Source: Nitrospinaceae bacterium (lineage in GTDB: Bacteria > Nitrospinota > Nitrospinia > Nitrospinales > Nitrospinaceae). From it: a stretch of DNA of 64,000 nucleotides. Both the position numbers and the translations under genes were made by a program. Where the stretch lies: the NCBI GenBank assembly GCA_965223665.1, contig OZ245011.1, positions 3,744,001 to 3,808,000 on the forward strand, in the 5' to 3' direction. This document shows, piece after piece, positions 60,801 to 64,000 of this stretch (positions are counted from its first letter, which is position 1; each line of letters opens with the position of its first letter). The notes beneath the pieces are model-generated. The model was not told the origin of the DNA. It was given only the letters and a program-made list of their open reading frames with translations, and ran no database searches.

Positions 60801-62415
60801 AATCGGCGACCCCTGTTACCGTTAGGTTATAGTTTGTAGAGTTGTTTAGAGGAGAGGTTAGTAATTTTACGGTTCGAAAATCACTTTGTAATTTAGCGGC
60901 AGATACAGTCACTCCATTATTTATCGAATAGTTTGATACACTCTCTGCACTAATTTTTTCAAGAGGTTCTGAAAACTGAACCTCCAAAGTTAATGGGTTG
61001 GGGGCATGTACGGAAAAAATTCCGGGAGGAAAATTATTTAAATCATGAATAATTGAAAACTTATCTTCGGTTTTTCCAAATGCATCGAGAAAAACTGCTT
61101 CTAACCGGTTTTCATATATATCCAAAACCATAGAACCTAATTTGTTTATAGAATGGAACATTGCCGGGTGATTGAGAGACCCACCACTAAGTTTTCCTGA
61201 GTTGCCTGCAACCGCATAAACAGCTCCATCATTTCCCATTTTACTTCCGTCAGGGTTAAGAAATTTTGTATAACCTCCCTGTGCATCTATTTCCGGATCT
61301 GGCCTCCCGTTTCCGGGATCTAATTTTAATGAAGGGTTACTATTGATCTCACTAGAGCTACCATAGTGACCATTAAGAAAAAAAGATCTTTCGTAGGAAT
61401 GGCTATGCCCCATTAAAACTAAATCAACTCCGTGTTGTTCTAAAATGGGGAGAACATTTTCTCGCATCTGAATTAAAATTAATTCGGCATCTGAATTATG
61501 AGAACCTTTTGAATATGCCGGGTGGTGCCAATATGCAATGAGCCATTCTTTATCGTTTGCTATCAAATCATTTTCGAGCCACGTAAGCATTGAAGATCCG
61601 GGTAATCTGGAATGCCCAAAGGAATCTAAAACTACAAAATGTATATTTCCATAATCAAATGAATAGTAGGCCTCTGTGCCAGAGGCAACACCTCCAATTT
61701 CTCCACTTCTTGGAAGCTCCCAAATATCGAAATACACACCCGATTCGTTACCTGAGGTTGCGCTTCTGGCATCATGGTTTCCGAATGTAGGCCAAACTGC
61801 TACATTCCTTAAAAAATCAGGATACATTAAAAAAACAGCACCATGATGGTCTCTATCCGTTCCATCTTCGTAAGCGTTGTCTCCAAGCATTAACCAAACA
61901 TCAGGGTCGCGAGACTTAGAGAAATTTTTAAATCTATTGCTAACAGCTAAGGCTTTTGTGTCGTCCGTTCCGGAATCTCCAATGACCCATACTCGTGTAG
62001 GCGTAGGTGTTCCAGGAGTAGGAAAAGTTTTAAAGGTCCCATTAAATTTATATTCAATTGAGGGTGTGGATGAGGTTCCTATTGCATAGTAATAGCGAGT
62101 GTTTGGAGAAAGGCTGGATATGGTTACTTCAAATTCCCGCCAACTTTCCGGGCAATATCCACAAGACTTTGATACGGGAGAGGAATCTGTAACTGTAGAG
62201 GATAAACTTCCAGGAGAAGTTCCATAATGAACACTATTATTGGAAATTTGTGATGTAGGAACCCGCCATTTAATTAAGACACTGTTTGGAGAAAGTTTTT
62301 GTAAAAAAGGTCCCCAATCATTGATGGCTCCAAAGGCAAACTTTACATTTATTAAAATTCCAATTATGCAAAAAAATACAAAACCAAATTTTTTTCTTAA
62401 ATGTAAATAAATCAT
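51817..62415 (-). CDS. Giant secreted purple-acid-phosphatase-type metallophosphoesterase with Ig-like, six DNRLRE/CBM96-like and ~24 HYR-like domains
   Basis: Signal peptide; GDSG, GDNAY, GNHD, WHH, GHSHSYER motifs; six domains with WD.S.IP..A.V..A / W.E..VTWN / N.G / SSE..RPKL.ITY; repeats DT..P.VTAPAD...FP.G.T.VTW.ATD.AGN. Confidence 0.9.
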   Translation of the reverse strand: MIYLHLRKKFGFVFFCIIGILINVKFAFGAINDWGPFLQKLSPNSVLIKWRVPTSQISNNSVHYGTSPGSLSSTVTDSSPVSKSCGYCPESWREFEVTISSLSPNTRYYYAIGTSSTPSIEYKFNGTFKTFPTPGTPTPTRVWVIGDSGTDDTKALAVSNRFKNFSKSRDPDVWLMLGDNAYEDGTDRDHHGAVFLMYPDFLRNVAVWPTFGNHDARSATSGNESGVYFDIWELPRSGEIGGVASGTEAYYSFDYGNIHFVVLDSFGHSRLPGSSMLTWLENDLIANDKEWLIAYWHHPAYSKGSHNSDAELILIQMRENVLPILEQHGVDLVLMGHSHSYERSFFLNGHYGSSSEINSNPSLKLDPGNGRPDPEIDAQGGYTKFLNPDGSKMGNDGAVYAVAGNSGKLSGGSLNHPAMFHSINKLGSMVLDIYENRLEAVFLDAFGKTEDKFSIIHDLNNFPPGIFSVHAPNPLTLEVQFSEPLEKISAESVSNYSINNGVTVSAAKLQSDFRTVKLLTSPLNNSTNYNLTVTGVADYDTNTSIPSPGTTFSFVPGFEDPLEYTVDFQDGYFPHEGYDGTKDSYIFEGDPNENFGTKIELLSHGPFENTVVGDAITLISWDLSSIPSNAIVESATVYVDLFNRSETSYHLHRIMSSWNEFSVTWNNIGGSSNISNTIMGTITPQKFGLNIIPMNADGLDVVQGWIDGTYSNNGLAIENGGPGEHPNWWNAIRMWSRRSENRPRISITYSLPTSGDSIDPAILAPSDITTESTGNLTPVFLGTATAVDNIGSPTITNDAPAGGFPLGTTIVTWTATDAAGNTATDLQKVTVQVPVLTTPNTISFRDGVEPSTTYSGTSDSRIRSSSRNSNDAGGTQIGADGDEQFPPGGLFGDVDSVVKWDLTAIPKTAIIDSVSVTFNIFDSSSFSHNLISIKTKWDEHTATWNSINDSSFVGSLVGTIPASSSGSTTINLNQTGIDLVQGWVNGSISNNGFRIANVGGTQDLRMYSSETSVATRRPRITISYTVPPPNQFTLDIQSGIEDAILRETSPNSNYPNDPSLTADGSQSDPGNGSIGEVMSVISWDVSAIPNNASVQSASITFNLTNISSGTYNLHEAETNWTEGTVTWNNFGGGTANVGSSVIGALPTGPFGNNIISLNTDGINLIQGWINGSIPNNGIVVKTGGTNDGIFFNSSEATSNRPKLSITYLIPLEPDTEPPVVTAPGDLTTLDPTPNIGSATATDNVGVTSLTNDAPATFPLGTTTVTWTAMDAAGNSGTDTQDITLQADNESPVVTAPADITTTDAAPNLGTATATDNSGIIDSLTNDAPGSFPVGTTIVTWSATDPAGNIGTDTQSVTIIPTSGPTTLEFQDGVEPDSSYAGTQDAELRETSPNTNNGNSTSLNADGSDSDPSNGSFGQLIITISWDISSVPSNATVSSASISLNLTNISSGPYNLFQVLSSSWTEGTVTWNSFGGATANVGSTVIGVISTGQFGENIINLNSSGINMVQGWIDGTIPNNGIVVKTGGTNDGIDFNSSEASSGRPKLSITYTTPLVEDTEDPVVTAPADLTTLDPTPDIGTATATDNVGVTSITNDAPATFPLGTTTVTWTAMDAAGNSGTDTQDVTLLDDTEDPVVTAPADITTTDPAPNLGTATATDNSGIIDSLINDAPGTFPLGTTVVTWTATDPAGNTGIDTQNVTLQVPTGPVIIEFQNGVEPDSGYSGTQDSLLRETSANTNYGNQTSLSADLIQPDPSNGRFGEVISVISWDISTIPGNATVQSVSVSLNLSNVSTDSYNLHQALTNWNESTVTWNTFGGSSTNVGTSVLGTIIPGQFGENIINLNSNGINLVQGWIDSSIANNGIVIKETNNNNDGIFVNSSEAGSGRPKLSITYTVPSGPDTEDPVVTAPANLTTMDPTPDIGTATATDNIGVTSLTNDAPAIFPLGTTTVTWTAMDAAGNSGTDTQDVTLLADTEDPVVTAPADITTTNTTPNIGTATATDNSGIIDSLINDAPGIFPIGFTIVTWTATDPAGNTGTDTQNITIQPSSGPTIIEFQNGVEPDSGYSGTQDSLLRETSANTNYGSQTSLSADLIQPDPDNGRFGEVISVISWDISTIPGNATVQSVSVSLNLSNVSTDSYNLHQALTNWNESTVTWNTFGGSSTNVGTSVLGTIIPGQFGENIINLNSNGINLVQGWIDGSINNNGIVIKETNNNNDGIFINSSEAGSGRPKLTITYETVINDTTPPVVTAPADINTEATGPTTTVALGTATANDDVDGPLTPTNDAPAGGFPVGLTVVTWSATDAAGNTGTDTQNVTITDTTAPTVTAPADVSTADTTPDLGTATATDLVDGSLIPVNDAPGTFPLGLTVVTWSATDAAGNTGTDTQNVTITEDTTPPVVTAPADINTEATGPTTTVSLGTATANDDVDGPLTPTNDAPAGGFPVGLTVVTWSATDAAGNTGTDTQNVTITDTTAPTVTAPADLSTADTTPDLGTATATDLVDGSITPTNNAPGTFPLGLTVVTWSATDTAGNTGTDTQNVTITEDTTPPVVTAPADINTEATGPTTTVALGTATANDDVDGPLTPTNDAPVSFPVGLTVVTWSATDAAGNTGTDTQNVTITDTTAPTVTAPADLSTADTTPDLGTATATDLVDGSITPTNNAPGTFPLGLTVVTWSATDTAGNTGTDTQNVTITEDTTPPVVTAPADINTEATGPTTTVSLGTATANDDVDGPLTPTNDAPVSFPVGLTVVTWSATDAAGNTGTDTQNVTITDTTAPTVTAPADLSTADTTPDLGTATATDLVDGSITPTNNAPGTFPLGLTVVTWSATDTAGNTGTDTQNVTITEDTTPPVVTAPADINTEATSPTTTVALGTATANDDVDGPLTPTNDAPAGGFPVGLTVVTWSATDAAGNTGTDTQNVTITDTTAPTVTAPADVSTADTTPDLGTATATDLVDGSLIPVNDAPGTFPLGLTVVTWSATDTAGNTGTDTQNVTITEDTTPPVVTAPADINTEATSPTTTVALGTATANDDVDGPLTPTNDAPAGGFPVGLTVVTWSATDAAGNTGTDTQNVTITDTTAPTVTAPADLSTADTTPDLGTATATDLVDGSLIPVNDAPGTFPLGLTMVTWSATDTAGNTGTDTQNVTITEDTTPPVVTAPADINTEATSPTTTVALGTATANDDVDGPLTPTNDAPAGGFPVGLTVVTWSATDAAGNTGTDTQNVTITDTTAPTVTAPADLSTADTTPDLGTATATDLVDGSLIPVNDAPGTFPLGLTVVTWSATDTAGNTGTDTQNVTITEDTTPPVVTAPADINTEATGPTTTVALGTATANDDVDGPLTPTNDAPAGGFPVGLTVVTWSATDAAGNTGTDTQNVTITDTTAPTVTAPVGITTEATGPTTTVSLGTGTANDIVDGSITPTNDAPGSFIVGLTVVTWSATDIAGNTGTDTQNVTITDTTAPVVTAPADITTTDPNPALGTATATDLVDGSITPTNDAPGTFPIGLTIVTWSATDTAGNTGTDTQNVTIEE
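51820..55695 (-). repeat. Tandem HYR-like array, 456/453-bp two-domain period, 17 domains
   Basis: Alternating DTTPPVVTAPADINTEATG/S and DTTAPTVTAPAD(L/V)STADTTP units; period read from the sequence and the shadow ORF spacing. Confidence 0.95.
55715..57290 (-). repeat. Near-identical duplication of a DNRLRE domain (about 1020-bp spacing)
   Basis: IIEFQNGVEPDSGYSGTQDSLLRETSANTNYG..RPKL present twice with long identical DNA stretches. Confidence 0.9.
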
Positions 62416-62986
62416 ATAAAAATTTATCCACCATACTTTTATTGGTATGCGGAAAAATAAGAGTGCGATGTGTGTGTTGTCTGCGGATAAAATACCCCAA
62501 AAGGCGTTTAAATGACAGGGATTTTTGAAAAATTAAATGAATATATACCTAACTAATTGATATTTAAAATGTATTTGGAGTAATAAAGTGAAATGTTTTT
62601 TGGTTTTCCGAAAAAATATTGGATATTTAGAGTTTTTTCTAAAAAAAAAACAGTAGAAATAAAAAATATTGAATAGTTTTTGTAGACAAATAGGGGTAGT
62701 TTCTGCTAAATAGGATAATTTTCGAAATTAAGGTAAAACTTTTGGACATTATTTTAAGGATCAGTCGTTCTTTAAACAGTTCCAAATAAAATTGTTATAA
62801 GTAAGCGTATCGATAGCCGGGTTGAAAATAACAGGGGGGCACCAAAAGAATTAAATTGATAAGATCCAATTGTTTTGTGTTTTCTTATTACTTTAAAATT
62901 TTGTGGCTAAACTAAAATTCCAAAATTGAAGAAGGGTGTTGATAATCGAGAAATTGAAAGATTTTTGAAGAGTAAGGTGTGAGTCT

Positions 62987-64000
62987 ATGAATACAAAATA
63001 TCGTTTATTTTCCTTTTTGAAAACCATTCAAGATCCTTCTTATCGTAAATGGAAAAAATTAACACGGGATCTTATTGATCAAAAGTTTGATTATTCGACC
63101 CAATACCTTAGTGAGCTCCTTCAGTTTGCGAAAAATAAGGTTCCTTATTACTCACAAATCATTAAAGGAAGTTACAGCGGGCCGGAATCTCTGGTTGAAA
63201 TTCCAATTCTAAATAGAAACCAATTTCGTGAAAATTTTGAATATTTAAAAGCGAAGGATTTAGAAAATAGACCTCACTATACAATTCATTCAGGCGGTAC
63301 TACAGGAAAACCACAAATTTTCTACCAGGATTATGATTTTTTCAATTGGAGTTTAATAACAGAGCAGTATTACTATGAATGTTTTCTTGGTTTTGACCCT
63401 GATGAAGTCGGAGGAGCAATTTTGTGGGGGTCACCAGCAGATTTGCTGGAAAAGAAAAAAATAAAAACGAAAATAAGTCAATGGTTAAAACAAACGGTTT
63501 TTCTAAACTCTTATTCCATGACTCAAGATCAATGTCGAGAATACGTCCAGGTAATTAATCGTAAAAAACCTTTTTATATTCGTGGTTATGCGCAGTCATT
63601 GTATTATTTTGCTAAGTTTATAGTGGAGCAAAATATAAAAGTTTATTCTCCGAATTGCATTATTTCCGCTGCAGAAAAACTTTATCCCTTTATGAAGTCG
63701 ACTGTTCAAGAGGCGTTTTCCTGCCCCATCTTCGACTATTATGGGTCAAGGGAGCTTGGTGCTCTTGCTGGTGAATGCCATGAAAATAAACTTCACATAT
63801 TTTCTTTTAACAACTGGATAGAAATTGTCGATGATAAAGGAAAGCCAGTTAAGCCGGGACAGGAAGGAAAAGTTATTGTCACAAATTTGCATAACTATTC
63901 TATGCCTCTCATTCGATATGAATTAGGTGACACTGCAGTTCTAGGTCATCCCTGCTCATGCGGAAGCAACTTGCCAACCTTGGAACAAGTCACAGGACGA
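62987..64000 (+). CDS. Second phenylacetate-CoA ligase / CapK-like protein (truncated by window edge)
   Basis: Open frame from ATG 62987: MNTKYRLF..VPYY..HSGGTTGKP..YGSRE..NYSMPLIRYELGDTAVLG..LEQVTGR. Confidence 0.88.
   Translation, partial: MNTKYRLFSFLKTIQDPSYRKWKKLTRDLIDQKFDYSTQYLSELLQFAKNKVPYYSQIIKGSYSGPESLVEIPILNRNQFRENFEYLKAKDLENRPHYTIHSGGTTGKPQIFYQDYDFFNWSLITEQYYYECFLGFDPDEVGGAILWGSPADLLEKKKIKTKISQWLKQTVFLNSYSMTQDQCREYVQVINRKKPFYIRGYAQSLYYFAKFIVEQNIKVYSPNCIISAAEKLYPFMKSTVQEAFSCPIFDYYGSRELGALAGECHENKLHIFSFNNWIEIVDDKGKPVKPGQEGKVIVTNLHNYSMPLIRYELGDTAVLGHPCSCGSNLPTLEQVTGR

Noticed and set aside
62416-62986. Possible RNA gene in the long intergenic gap
   Set aside because: AT-rich divergent promoter region with no tRNA cloverleaf or stable structure evident by eye

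Overview
Low-GC bacterial chromosomal segment with no rRNA, tRNA, CRISPR array or intact mobile element that I can detect. The gene mix (AniA-type nirK, several ribonuclease-inhibitor-like LRR proteins, HDOD, rplU-rpmA-obgE) is compatible with a marine Nitrospinota-like organism; this is inference only. Layout: (1) 1-15.8 kb, a Wzy-type surface polysaccharide locus. It contains a tightly coupled DUF4956 + membrane-anchored CotH kinase/beta-helix + VTC (polyphosphate polymerase) module, my best candidate for an uncharacterised system. (2) 16-44 kb, housekeeping and signalling genes, including a giant FliL-like protein with tandem FliN-N-terminal-like motifs, a secreted protein with an R/D/Y tract, and a candidate structured RNA with anti-Shine-Dalgarno loops. 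(3) 44.9-51.8 kb, an accessory block with two unannotated gene remnants (DUF547, gdhA) beside an Rrf2-regulated trHb-ric-nirK-globin/PsiE-carbonic anhydrase operon. (4) A 3532-aa secreted purple-acid-phosphatase/DNRLRE/HYR repeat protein. (5) A second, truncated CapK-like ligase. All family assignments come from reading motifs by eye, not from database searches.
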